A stretch of DNA of 24,000 bases, taken from Promethearchaeota archaeon. Lineage in GTDB: Archaea; Asgardarchaeota; Lokiarchaeia; Sigyniarchaeales; SOKP01. The stretch lies in NCBI GenBank assembly GCA_004524535.1, contig SDNY01000009.1, forward strand, positions 25,285 through 49,284, in the 5' to 3' direction. Within the stretch, counting starts at the first letter, position 1; each line of letters begins with the position of its first letter. The notes below the pieces were generated by a model that saw only the letters and a list, made by a program, of their open reading frames with translations, did no database searches and was not told the origin of the DNA. A program made the translations under genes and the position numbers. Below are positions 1-9,177 of this stretch, in pieces.

Positions 1-731
1 TGCAATAAAACAAAGTTTACAACACTTCCAAGAGAATATCTAATTTTATCACTTCTTAAACTGTGTTCTACTGCTTCAGATATGGCAATACCTAAACTGC
101 CCGGATGCTCTGGATCCTTTTCTATAAAAACTTTTCCTGATTCAGTAAATCTCGAAGGACTTGCGTGGACTTCCGCATTATATGATCTCATTAAAATCTT
201 TCGACCTGGTTTCTGATTAAAACTTATTCTTACCATGTAAACGGTACATTTAATTCCAAATAAATTGCATCCAAAAGATAAACCAGAACCCCATTGCCCA
301 GCTCCAGTTTCTGTAACCAATTCTTCAAGTCCATCTTTTTTTGCATAATAAGCCTGTGCTATTGCTGTATTTGGTTTATGTGATCCTGTAGGTGAATAAG
401 ATTCGTTTTTATAGAAAATTTTAATATCGTTTCCTTCTATTCCCAATTCTTTTTCTAAACCCAAAGCACGATGAAGTGGAGATGGTCTATAAGTACTTGC
501 ATAAATCTCCCTTAATTCATTAGGAATAGGAATTGTCGGTTCTTGGGAAACTTCTTGGAGAACGCATTCTTTTGGAAATATTGCAAAAGCCATTTCTGGT
601 GGTGCAGGTTTTCCATCCATCGGATTGACTAAAGGCGTCATAGGAGAGGGTAAATCAGGTAAGATATTTACCCATTCCTTGGGCACTTCATTTGGTTGTA
701 ATAAAATTCTCGAATTAAAATAATTTACCAT
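1..731 (-). CDS. trpB: Tryptophan synthase beta chain-like protein, TrpB2 type (N-terminal part, truncated by window edge)
   Basis: Manual reverse-strand translation from ATG at 731: MVNYFNSRILLQPNEVPKEWVNILPDLPSP...RPSPLHRALGLEKELG...KNESYSPTGSHKPNTAIAQAYYAKKDGLEELVTETGAGQWGSGLSFGCNLFG...; ends at the window edge with ...RYSLGSVVNFVLL. SGSHK-like lysine motif and TETGAGQWG are typical of TrpB; the EVPxEWxNILPDLP start is typical of the TrpB2 class. Absent from the ORF track, probably because it is partial. Confidence 0.93.
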   Translation of the reverse strand, partial: MVNYFNSRILLQPNEVPKEWVNILPDLPSPMTPLVNPMDGKPAPPEMAFAIFPKECVLQEVSQEPTIPIPNELREIYASTYRPSPLHRALGLEKELGIEGNDIKIFYKNESYSPTGSHKPNTAIAQAYYAKKDGLEELVTETGAGQWGSGLSFGCNLFGIKCTVYMVRISFNQKPGRKILMRSYNAEVHASPSRFTESGKVFIEKDPEHPGSLGIAISEAVEHSLRSDKIRYSLGSVVNFVLL

Positions 732-1014
732 TGTAATTACCAATTAATTTATTTTTTCCATATTTTAGATGTGTGTCATTATAATATTGGAAATCAATAA
801 TTATTATAGTAAAAAAGATTTAATGTAATTTAAAAATAATTAACAAAATTATTGTAAACTTCTCAACTATGAAAAAAAAATATTAAGTAAGTAAAACACA
901 ATTAGTCTAAAACATAAATGAACTTACATTACGGGCAGAAAAAAATAGTTTAAGGTGAATTAATTTAGAAGTTAACAGAATATTTGCAATATTAAATTTT
1001 AGTTTTTAATTAAT

Positions 1015-1419
1015 TTATCTTCCTTCGAATATTTTAGCGAGATTTTTCGCTGCAATTCTCGTAACTTTTACAGTCTTCATTAATGTGTCAATAACAGTTC
1101 CAGCACATACAATTACTAAGCGACCTGCGTTTGTGATAACAATATATCCATCCTCAGCTCTTACAATGACTTCACTTAAATCTTCTTCAAATAATCTTTG
1201 AATTGTTGATCTTCCTGTCATTAAGAGGGCGCTAGCAAGACCACAAAACTGATCTCCATCCACATGATATTGTGGCAGAGCAGAAAAGGCAATTTGGTAT
1301 CCCTCTTGTGACACAAGAGCAATAGCCTCAATATCTGCGTTTGAAGTTATAAATGTAATTTGAGGGCTGATTTTTTCAATATCATCGTTTGTAATTCCCA
1401 AGTCGCTACCGAACTGCAT
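1015..1419 (-). CDS. Roadblock/LC7 domain protein (small stand-alone)
   Basis: 134 aa; pattern ITSNADIEAIALVSQEGYQIAFSALP....DGDQFCGLASALLMTGRSTIQRLF..DLSEVIVRAEDGYIVITNAGRLVIVCAG resembles the Roadblock/MglB fold (beta-strand, Gly turn, long helix, beta hairpin). Confidence 0.8.
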   Translation of the reverse strand: MQFGSDLGITNDDIEKISPQITFITSNADIEAIALVSQEGYQIAFSALPQYHVDGDQFCGLASALLMTGRSTIQRLFEEDLSEVIVRAEDGYIVITNAGRLVIVCAGTVIDTLMKTVKVTRIAAKNLAKIFEGR

Positions 1420-1696
1420 TTTTTCATCATATTTTTTTATTTATTTTAAAAAAAAATAAGTTAATACTGTTATAGAAATAATCATAATCTAATATAATTT
1501 TATTTTTTTTTAATTTTTACCTTTCAATTTTGTATTTTTTAAATTGTCCAAAAAAACCATTAAAATTATATAAATTTAAAATTATATTAAATCTAAAAAA
1601 GGAATGTAAAACAATTCCTAGTATTTTTTTATACCTTTTACAAAAATACTTAATTAAAATATTTTATAATTTAGAATCTGTTATAAGTAGTAAATT

Positions 1697-4003
1697 ATGA
1701 TAACAACTAGAGAATCTATTAATTATCAATTTTCTTTAATTTTTGGATATTCATCTCCAAATGATTTAATAGCAGGAGATATAATTGGTCCTGGTAAATT
1801 AACAAAAGATAGAGTAAAAGCGCTTTCAATAGAAGTTTTGAAATTTTTTAGAATGTATAATGCAATGCTAAGAGACTATACCGGATCTGAAATTTTTAGT
1901 ATCGAGTTCTCATTGCATAACATTGATGAGAAAGATGCTCAGATGAAAATATATCCTAAATCAATGATCTTTATTCCGGGTAAATATAAAGAATGTGAAA
2001 GTTTATTACTTGCTTTAAAACCTGAAACAGGAGTTTTAAATACTCATAGATCTAGAAAAGAATTAATTAAGATAAGTAATCTATTTTTTGAAGTTGAAGA
2101 ATTTATTAATCGCCCTGATTTAGAAAGAAAAGAAAAAGAACAAATAATTAACGAGTTTGCTGCTCGTTTTAGCATGAAACTTTATGGAAAATTAATTGAA
2201 GATAAATGGAATAAGAAATTAATAGGATTTAGCACATCACTTCCAACAGAGAAAGAAATGTTAGATACATTTGCTTCAATAAAGTCTAAAATGGAAATAA
2301 TATGGTATAATAGACCATATGAGATGATAATTTCAGATTCAAAATTTGAAAAAATAAAAACACCATTTAAAGAGCAAACTGCTATTGATCATCTTAAATT
2401 TTCAATATCAGCACCTAGTGCTAATTTTGTTATCGAAAAGACTTTTATACTTGGTACAAATCTTATAGATCTGGCTAATACTGGTACAATAGACGAATCT
2501 CAAGAGGAGATTATTTCTTATCTTATCGGTTATTTGGAAGATAAAATTAGTAATGTTAAAGAAAAATGGTCAGTAAAAAGTCTTATTTCAGAAATCACAA
2601 AGATTTTAAGCGATTTAAAGAGTATTTTTAATAAATTTTTCGGATACTCTAATGATTTTCTAACTACTGGAGAAATAGGTACCTTAACTGAACTTTTAGG
2701 TAAATATAAACAGTTTATTTTAGAAAAAGGAATACTAGAAAACAAAAATTTCGAGGACTTTTGTAATTTAGCAATTAATTCTATTAAGCAATCAATTATT
2801 AAAATTGAAAAGTTAAGGGTAATTGAATTAAAATCAGTAATATATTATTTTTCAGAGCGATTTAAAAATAGTATCTTGTTAATTAAGGAGGCATTACCAA
2901 AATATCTTTCTCGGAGAATGTTAAAGACATCAACTATAGAATTTATAAAAGAAATAAAAGAAATTTTACAAGAAGAACAGAACCCAGTGAAAATTTTAAG
3001 TAATAAATATTTAGAAAAATTTTACTCATATCTTCTTAATCAAATTGAAATAAACCCCTTGATTTCAAAAAAAGATTTCAAATTTAATGAGGAAAAGTTG
3101 ATAAAAGAATTTTCAGATTTAATAAAAAGAAGTTATCAAAATTTTTTTGATACAATTGATTTAAATATTACTGATTTAGTCTCGTTTGCTGAGGTTTTAA
3201 TGGAAAAAGATCGAAAAGTAATTAAATCACATATAGAAAAATTTAAAAAATATTCAGCTGAATTACATTTTTTATTAAGCTACATTTTGAGATATACAAC
3301 AATTAATCGTTATTTAAAAGAGGAATCCGATGAGGAGATATCTGATCCTGTTACTTTTGCTAATAGATTTCATCGTTTTCTGGAAAAACGAATGGGTGGA
3401 ATTGATTTAGCATGGAAATCCTACATACTTGAATGGATAAAAGATTATGCAAAAATTTTTTTTAAAACTGAAGAACAAAAAGATTGGAACTTAAAAGAAA
3501 CTTATAATAATTTTATTAACTACTTGGAGGATAAAGAATCAAGCGAACAAGAATTAGAGAAATTTTTAGAATTTTTAGATGGCTATATTGCTAAAATACC
3601 TAATGAAATAGAAAAAAGGCACTTATTAGAATTTTTTAGGCAATTCGATTTTTGTATTAAAAATAAATTAGAATTCCCTAAATACTTAAAGAATAAAATA
3701 GAAGAAAAGATAAAATCATTAGATCCTAAACTCGAAGAATTAATTCCAGTTAAATTTTTTTATATTGAAAACGATAGTTTTTTCAAGTACTTACGTGAGA
3801 GGGAGTTAAAATATCTTTCAAAACTTATCCCTCAACCTACTACGTTAATATTAAAACATAATTTAACGAATGAAGAAAAAGAATTGTTTAATGCTGATCT
3901 CTTCCATGTTTTTAATTTTAGATTTTGGGGAAAAGATAATGTTAAAATAGAATTAGCAGATAATTTTAAAGAAGTTCATCGTGAATGGGTGAAAGAATTG
4001 TGA
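1697..4003 (+). CDS. Large, predominantly alpha-helical protein of unknown function (768 aa)
   Basis: Long uninterrupted ORF with Lys/Glu/Ile/Leu-rich composition typical of genuine genes here; overlaps the next ORF by 19 nt. No family recognised. Confidence 0.85.
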   Translation: MITTRESINYQFSLIFGYSSPNDLIAGDIIGPGKLTKDRVKALSIEVLKFFRMYNAMLRDYTGSEIFSIEFSLHNIDEKDAQMKIYPKSMIFIPGKYKECESLLLALKPETGVLNTHRSRKELIKISNLFFEVEEFINRPDLERKEKEQIINEFAARFSMKLYGKLIEDKWNKKLIGFSTSLPTEKEMLDTFASIKSKMEIIWYNRPYEMIISDSKFEKIKTPFKEQTAIDHLKFSISAPSANFVIEKTFILGTNLIDLANTGTIDESQEEIISYLIGYLEDKISNVKEKWSVKSLISEITKILSDLKSIFNKFFGYSNDFLTTGEIGTLTELLGKYKQFILEKGILENKNFEDFCNLAINSIKQSIIKIEKLRVIELKSVIYYFSERFKNSILLIKEALPKYLSRRMLKTSTIEFIKEIKEILQEEQNPVKILSNKYLEKFYSYLLNQIEINPLISKKDFKFNEEKLIKEFSDLIKRSYQNFFDTIDLNITDLVSFAEVLMEKDRKVIKSHIEKFKKYSAELHFLLSYILRYTTINRYLKEESDEEISDPVTFANRFHRFLEKRMGGIDLAWKSYILEWIKDYAKIFFKTEEQKDWNLKETYNNFINYLEDKESSEQELEKFLEFLDGYIAKIPNEIEKRHLLEFFRQFDFCIKNKLEFPKYLKNKIEEKIKSLDPKLEELIPVKFFYIENDSFFKYLRERELKYLSKLIPQPTTLILKHNLTNEEKELFNADLFHVFNFRFWGKDNVKIELADNFKEVHREWVKEL

Positions 4004-6402
4004 TTACTGGGATAAAAAGAAAAACTACGGCTATAGAAAGTACATTTAGATTTTTTCAAACTGTTGATTTAATAATTAATCACTTTAAAAGAGAGGCGGA
4101 CAAACAGAAAATATATGAATTAACTGATTCATTTAATAAAGAAACAACTCTTAAAGATTTTTTAATTGCTACAGCCTCCATTCATTTATACCATAATATA
4201 GGTATCAGAGTTGAAGAAAGCAATGAAATAGACCAAATGACAGTTGATTCGACTAAGAATTTGGAGATTTTGGAAAAAAAAATATTATTTGACGAATTAA
4301 GTTTAATTCTAAAAGATTCCTTAAATTTAGAAATAGATCTTCTTAATAGATTAATTAATTTAGAAAATAAAGTTATATCTTTTTTAATTGAAGAAAGGAA
4401 ATCAACCTTAAAAGATCTTGAAAAAAAACGCATGATAAAAGCAATAGAAGATCGTATTGAACAAGATTTAATAGAGATTGTATTAAAATATCCTCCATTC
4501 TACTTTTACGATTTAATTGGTGATTTAATTGGTTTCACAGATAAGATCAAATTAGAGATATTAGATGAAAGTTCTGCTTTTAAAGACTTGTCTATTGAGT
4601 TAGAAAAGAAATTAAAAGGGAAAGAGAAGGAAGATAAAGTCATTGAACTATCTACTCTGAACAGATTAATTGAGAAAATTCAGACAATTTTTGAATTTAA
4701 ATCTTACAAAGAATTACAAACGCAAGCTATGCCTGTAAGGATGATTAAACGAAAAGTGATGGAGTATAATCTTAACCGTTTTCCAATTTCTATTCCCGGC
4801 TTAAATACCTTTCTAAAGGCAAATAATATAAAAAAACAACTAATTGAAAAAATTGGTATAGCTCTTAAAGAAAAAATTAATTACGAGCAATTTGAAAAAG
4901 ATACGTTATTGTTTTTAAAGTCAGAAATAATCAAACAACTCAAAACAAATCCAAATGATTTTATATACTTTCTGCAAAATTTAAATGAAAGCAGTTTCAG
5001 AGAAATAATTTATATGCTAAATAAATACGGACTCTATAATATTTTACACCTAATTAATGCGGATGATAACTTAATACAAAAAATTAAACAAAATATGATT
5101 AGGTACAATATTGACAAATTTAATATAGTTGATTTAAATAAAGAAGAGAAAAATTTAATTTTCCTAGCTAAAAACGCCATAAGTACTTTAGATGTTCCAT
5201 CCCTCAACAACATAAGAAAAAAATTTGATGATTTAGACGAGATTAATTTATTGAAATTATTAAACCAAGATTATAAGGCGCTCGATGAATTATGGAAAAT
5301 AATAGAAGAAAAAATAGGATGTTCGATTAATGATTTTCGCGAATACGTAAGAAAAAAAGAAATAATTGATCGAGTTTTTCTTCAAGATTTAAAATTAAAC
5401 TCCTATTCGCAGATTTTAACTCTCTTAAATTTTGAAGAAATTATTAATAATTTAACGAAGCAAATTTATTTTTATATCTTTTCAAAAATTGTAAGACAAA
5501 TTAGTAGAATTATTGAAATTTATTTAAAAATTTCTAATGAAAAAGCATTGTTCCTTCTTGCCTTAAAAAAAATGGATGGGACGACAGAGTCCGAAAAGTG
5601 GATTTGGATTAAACTAGAAGAGCTAATTATCGTCCGAATAATAGCAATGCAAAAAGAACTAGTTGTAATTTTTAATGCTTTAAATCAACCATTTTTAGTA
5701 AATGGGTTTATTTTTGCTAGATTGACAAACTTATCTTTAAATGAGGGCATAAATGAATTTAAAGAAAAACCAAGTCTAATTTTTGAAAAAATTAAACCAT
5801 TAAGGTTAAATGCAGATATAATTTCTCCAGTTTCTTACTGTATTGCTTATGATTTAATTAAAAAATTTGAACAGGTTGAGGAAAAACGTAAATTAAAAGT
5901 TATACAGATCATAGAATCTAAAGAAAAAGAAAAAGAAAAGAAAAAAGAAGAAATTAGAAAAAAACAAGAAATTAATACTTTAAATTGGATTGAAAGAAGA
6001 ATAACCTCTTCGCTTATGAGAATAAATAGTCCAGGTATCAATCCAAATCAGTTGTATTGGCAAGAAAAAGATACAAAAACGGCTATTGATAACATTAAAC
6101 TTCATAGCGAATTAAAAGGAAATACTCTTGATTTATTTTCTGAATTTTTTCATTTTGCTGTTGAAAAAATTAAATTATTTGCCAAAGAAATGAAATTGCC
6201 TAACTATGAGATCATAAACAATATTGTAGTTGATATTTCTGAAAAAATATTAGAGGGAAGATTGGGGCATGCTCCCTCATCTCAAGAAATAGAAACTATG
6301 CTTGAAGGGGAAAGGTTTGAAATAGCAAAACAAATTTCTATTAGAATTGGGAAGATGTTAGATAAAGCTTTATATTCCAAATTTAAAAAAAAGGGAAGAT
6401 AG
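3985..6402 (+). CDS. Large, predominantly alpha-helical protein of unknown function (805 aa)
   Basis: Long ORF starting ATGGGTGAAAGAATTGTG inside the 3' end of the upstream ORF; contains a highly charged segment (ESKEKEKEKKKEEIRKKQEI). No family recognised. Confidence 0.85.
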   Translation: MGERIVITGIKRKTTAIESTFRFFQTVDLIINHFKREADKQKIYELTDSFNKETTLKDFLIATASIHLYHNIGIRVEESNEIDQMTVDSTKNLEILEKKILFDELSLILKDSLNLEIDLLNRLINLENKVISFLIEERKSTLKDLEKKRMIKAIEDRIEQDLIEIVLKYPPFYFYDLIGDLIGFTDKIKLEILDESSAFKDLSIELEKKLKGKEKEDKVIELSTLNRLIEKIQTIFEFKSYKELQTQAMPVRMIKRKVMEYNLNRFPISIPGLNTFLKANNIKKQLIEKIGIALKEKINYEQFEKDTLLFLKSEIIKQLKTNPNDFIYFLQNLNESSFREIIYMLNKYGLYNILHLINADDNLIQKIKQNMIRYNIDKFNIVDLNKEEKNLIFLAKNAISTLDVPSLNNIRKKFDDLDEINLLKLLNQDYKALDELWKIIEEKIGCSINDFREYVRKKEIIDRVFLQDLKLNSYSQILTLLNFEEIINNLTKQIYFYIFSKIVRQISRIIEIYLKISNEKALFLLALKKMDGTTESEKWIWIKLEELIIVRIIAMQKELVVIFNALNQPFLVNGFIFARLTNLSLNEGINEFKEKPSLIFEKIKPLRLNADIISPVSYCIAYDLIKKFEQVEEKRKLKVIQIIESKEKEKEKKKEEIRKKQEINTLNWIERRITSSLMRINSPGINPNQLYWQEKDTKTAIDNIKLHSELKGNTLDLFSEFFHFAVEKIKLFAKEMKLPNYEIINNIVVDISEKILEGRLGHAPSSQEIETMLEGERFEIAKQISIRIGKMLDKALYSKFKKKGR

Positions 6403-6511
6403 CCATTAAGGAGTTATAATAAAAAAGAGAAAAATAATAAAGATATTAAAAATATCCAAACTTAATCTATTTACAAAATAAAGCAATTTTATACATAATC
6501 TATAATAAAAA

Positions 6512-6766
6512 ATGTCGTGGATTAAAAAGCAAATACAATATTTAATAGAATCTATATGGCAGATGATCCAAGGGTTTATTTTATTTTCCCTGGCGTTCTC
6601 TGGTTTAGGATGTGCGCTATTATTAAGGCATGTTGGATATAATGGAATCGTTATTTCTGGGGTTAGTATTGTTGTTGAGGGAATTGCATTAGTTTTATGT
6701 TATTTCTTATTTAAGCGTTATTTAAAAATAGAAGAAATTAAAGTACCTGAGTCAAAAAAAAAGTAA
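6512..6766 (+). CDS. Small membrane protein, two predicted TM helices
   Basis: 84 aa; hydrophobic segments MIQGFILFSLAFSGLGCALLL and GIVISGVSIVVEGIALVLCYFLF, with a basic C-terminal tail. Confidence 0.65.
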   Translation: MSWIKKQIQYLIESIWQMIQGFILFSLAFSGLGCALLLRHVGYNGIVISGVSIVVEGIALVLCYFLFKRYLKIEEIKVPESKKK

Positions 6767-6787
6767 GATTAATATTTTTCATTTATT

Positions 6788-7522
6788 CTACACAAGATTC
6801 TCCCAATTTCTTTTTATTTTATGAGAGATTAGATAATCTTTAATATCATTCAATAGGATTTCTGGATTATATTCCCAGGCTTCGTATTTATTAAATGAAA
6901 TACATTTTAAATGTTTTATTTGGAGAATTTGTTTAATTAAAAGCCCATAAACAGCTACTTGTGGAAGTGAGACTATAAAATTACCCTCTGGCTTATAATC
7001 TATTATTTTTATCATGTTATTTTGAATTTGAATCAAATCAATATGTCCTGTAATGTTTATACCATTTTTAGTCATCCAGATTGGAACCTCAATAGCTATA
7101 GAGTCCTTATCCTTAATTAAGATATTTTTTAAAATAGGATTATGCCCCGGTTTCTTATTTAACTGATTTCTATGAAATGCATTGTATACTTTTTGAGCAT
7201 AATTTGGTAATTTGGTGTTTGAGTCAAATTTTATAATCTTCCCTGAACGAATTAAGTTCTTACTAAAACTCCTCAGAAATGCATTATTAAGACCTCTAAT
7301 CTTAAATTGAGAAACTCTAGGAAGATCCTTTCTGTTAAATAAATTATTTGGTATTACCCCTTGATAGACTTTTTTAAGATAGATTCCAAGTTTTCTATAC
7401 TCTTCTTGATTAGAATTTAATTGATTAAGTTTTTCTTTATGGTTTTTTAGATTCCAATTAAAACTATATTTAATATTTTGATGATAAAAATCACGATGCT
7501 TTAGCATTGATTTTGAAACCAT
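6788..7522 (-). CDS. PD-(D/E)XK nuclease superfamily (RecB/Cas4-like fold) protein
   Basis: 244 aa; C-terminal motif series GHIDLIQIQNNMIKIIDYKPEG....LPQVAVYGLLIKQI matches G-x-x-D ... (I/V)DYK ... Q-x-x-x-Y of PD-(D/E)XK enzymes. Confidence 0.72.
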   Translation of the reverse strand: MVSKSMLKHRDFYHQNIKYSFNWNLKNHKEKLNQLNSNQEEYRKLGIYLKKVYQGVIPNNLFNRKDLPRVSQFKIRGLNNAFLRSFSKNLIRSGKIIKFDSNTKLPNYAQKVYNAFHRNQLNKKPGHNPILKNILIKDKDSIAIEVPIWMTKNGINITGHIDLIQIQNNMIKIIDYKPEGNFIVSLPQVAVYGLLIKQILQIKHLKCISFNKYEAWEYNPEILLNDIKDYLISHKIKRNWENLV

Positions 7523-7785
7523 TAAAGCTTTTAATTGATTTGAGCTTCTTGAATTAATTAATTTATTTATTTTAATAAAGGTAATATATTAACATTTTAT
7601 TAATTTCTTAAGAGATTTTAAAATCTTTTCGTTGATACTAACAATATAATTAATAATTTTAGCAGAAAATAGAATTACATTAAAAACATAATTCTAAGAT
7701 TTTTTAGCATCGTTTAAACATAATAAAATTTATAGATTTCAGTTGATTTCTAATAATAAGGAATAAATTATTGAAAAAAAGTGGT

Positions 7786-7860
7786 GGGCCTATAGCCAAG
7801 CCTGGATATGGCGTCGGACTTCTAATCCGAAGATCGCAGGTTCGAATCCTGCTAGGCCCG
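7786..7860 (+). tRNA. tRNA-Arg (anticodon TCT)
   Basis: Cloverleaf read manually: acceptor GGGCCTA/TAGGCCC, anticodon arm TCGGA-CTTCTAA-TCCGA, T arm GCAGG-TTCGAAT-CCTGC, discriminator G at 7860; no encoded CCA and no intron. Confidence 0.96.
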
Positions 7861-8111
7861 CTAAAGAGATTCCAAAGATTTTTTAAATAACTTTCAATTT
7901 TTCTTTTTCTTTAATATTGATGCACCATTTCAATGGTCGTATTATATTTTAGATTAAATATATTGACATTATATATTAATTATAAAAATGCAGTAATTTA
8001 GAAAAATAGACAATAATTATAATTCTAAATTACTAATTAATTATTAATTAAAAAGAATTATTTTTTAATCATTTGAAGCAATTTTTAACTTATTGAGGTG
8101 CTTTTTGAAAC

Positions 8112-9131
8112 TTGACATATGAAAAGAAAAAAGAGTCAGATTTATTTCAGAACTTAACGATGCAAAAGAAAGAACTTAATGAAGCAAAAGAAAGAATTTC
8201 GGAGGTTACAAAAGAATTAAATGTGTATAAGAATAAAGAAACAGAATTAAATGGTAAGATTCAAGAACTTCAAGCTGGAACTCAAAAATTTCAAGCAGAA
8301 ATTCAAAAACTCCAAGCTGAAATTGAAATTTCAAAGGAAAAAGTAAAAAATTTAGATCTCTTAAATGAGAGAATTGATTCCTTAGAAAATGAAAAGAGTA
8401 ATTTAAATAAGAAATTAGAATTAAAAGAAAAAAAAATTGAAGAATTACTTCAAGATAAGGAGATTTTATTAAAAGAAAAATCTGACATATTAGAAAGTAA
8501 AAATGAAATTTTAGAGCAAGTAAAAAAAAAAGAATTAGAATTACAAGAAAAAGAGCAAAAACTTGAAGATTTAAAGGAAAAATTCAAACAATCAAGTTCA
8601 GACCTTCTTAGTAAAACTATGGAAATTGATAAGTTAAGAAAAAAAGACGAGAGTTTGAAAGTCCAAAATGATTTACAGAAATCCCAATTAAAAAAAAAGG
8701 AAGAATTGGAAAAAGAGTTAACTGGTGGCACTCGAGTGATTTCGAGTATAGAGGATTTATTTGAAATAATAAAAGAAGTTTTACCTCAAGCTAAAAGTAG
8801 TATAAGGCTAGTTGTACCTGATATTCAAGATATAAATAAATTTAATTTGATAGATACAATTAAGGAAATACCAAATAAAGTTAGACTAAATATTGCAGCA
8901 AAAATTGACGATCCATTAGGCGATGATCTTTCTAGGGAGTTAAGAAACTATTGTCAATTAACAAATTATTTCGAAAAAAGAATTATTGCGTTATTTGTAG
9001 ATTCCTCAATAATTTTGATTGGAATTTTTAAAGGTATGAATGTAATTGGTATTTATTCGGAATTATTAGAAATTATAGAAATATTAAAGCCAGCTATAAT
9101 GGAACCTTTCATAAAAGGTATTAAAATTTAA
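8112..9131 (+). CDS. Long coiled-coil protein with a globular C-terminal domain resembling TrmB C-terminal/PLD-like domains
   Basis: 339 aa; about 200 residues of heptad-like coiled coil (KIQELQAGTQKFQAEIQKLQAEIEI...), then the globular region RVISSIEDLFEIIKEVLPQAKSSIRLVVPDIQD...NIAAKIDD...IIALFVDSSIILIGIFKGMNVIGIYS. The listed start codon is TTG; the first internal ATG is at about 8160. Confidence 0.75.
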   Translation: MTYEKKKESDLFQNLTMQKKELNEAKERISEVTKELNVYKNKETELNGKIQELQAGTQKFQAEIQKLQAEIEISKEKVKNLDLLNERIDSLENEKSNLNKKLELKEKKIEELLQDKEILLKEKSDILESKNEILEQVKKKELELQEKEQKLEDLKEKFKQSSSDLLSKTMEIDKLRKKDESLKVQNDLQKSQLKKKEELEKELTGGTRVISSIEDLFEIIKEVLPQAKSSIRLVVPDIQDINKFNLIDTIKEIPNKVRLNIAAKIDDPLGDDLSRELRNYCQLTNYFEKRIIALFVDSSIILIGIFKGMNVIGIYSELLEIIEILKPAIMEPFIKGIKI

Positions 9132-9177
9132 ACCTCTCATTCTTGATTAAAAAAAATTCATTTTATGTAATTTCTTT

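Noticed and set aside
2530-2745. 71-aa minus-strand ORF
   Set aside because: Lies entirely antisense within the 768-aa ORF; low-complexity shadow ORF.
4182-4433. 83-aa minus-strand ORF
   Set aside because: Antisense inside the 805-aa ORF; Ser/Phe-rich composition typical of shadow frames of AT-rich genes.
5847-6041. 64-aa minus-strand ORF
   Set aside because: Antisense of the Lys/Glu-rich linker, giving the artefactual FFFSFSFS run.
8220-8350. Repetitive AAxxTTCAAGCT/CAAGCTGAAATT stretches as a possible DNA repeat element
   Set aside because: Explained by heptad-repeat coding (QELQAG...QKLQAEIEI) in the coiled-coil protein.
8450-8731. 93-aa minus-strand ORF
   Set aside because: Antisense of the coiled-coil coding region; Ser/Phe-rich shadow ORF.
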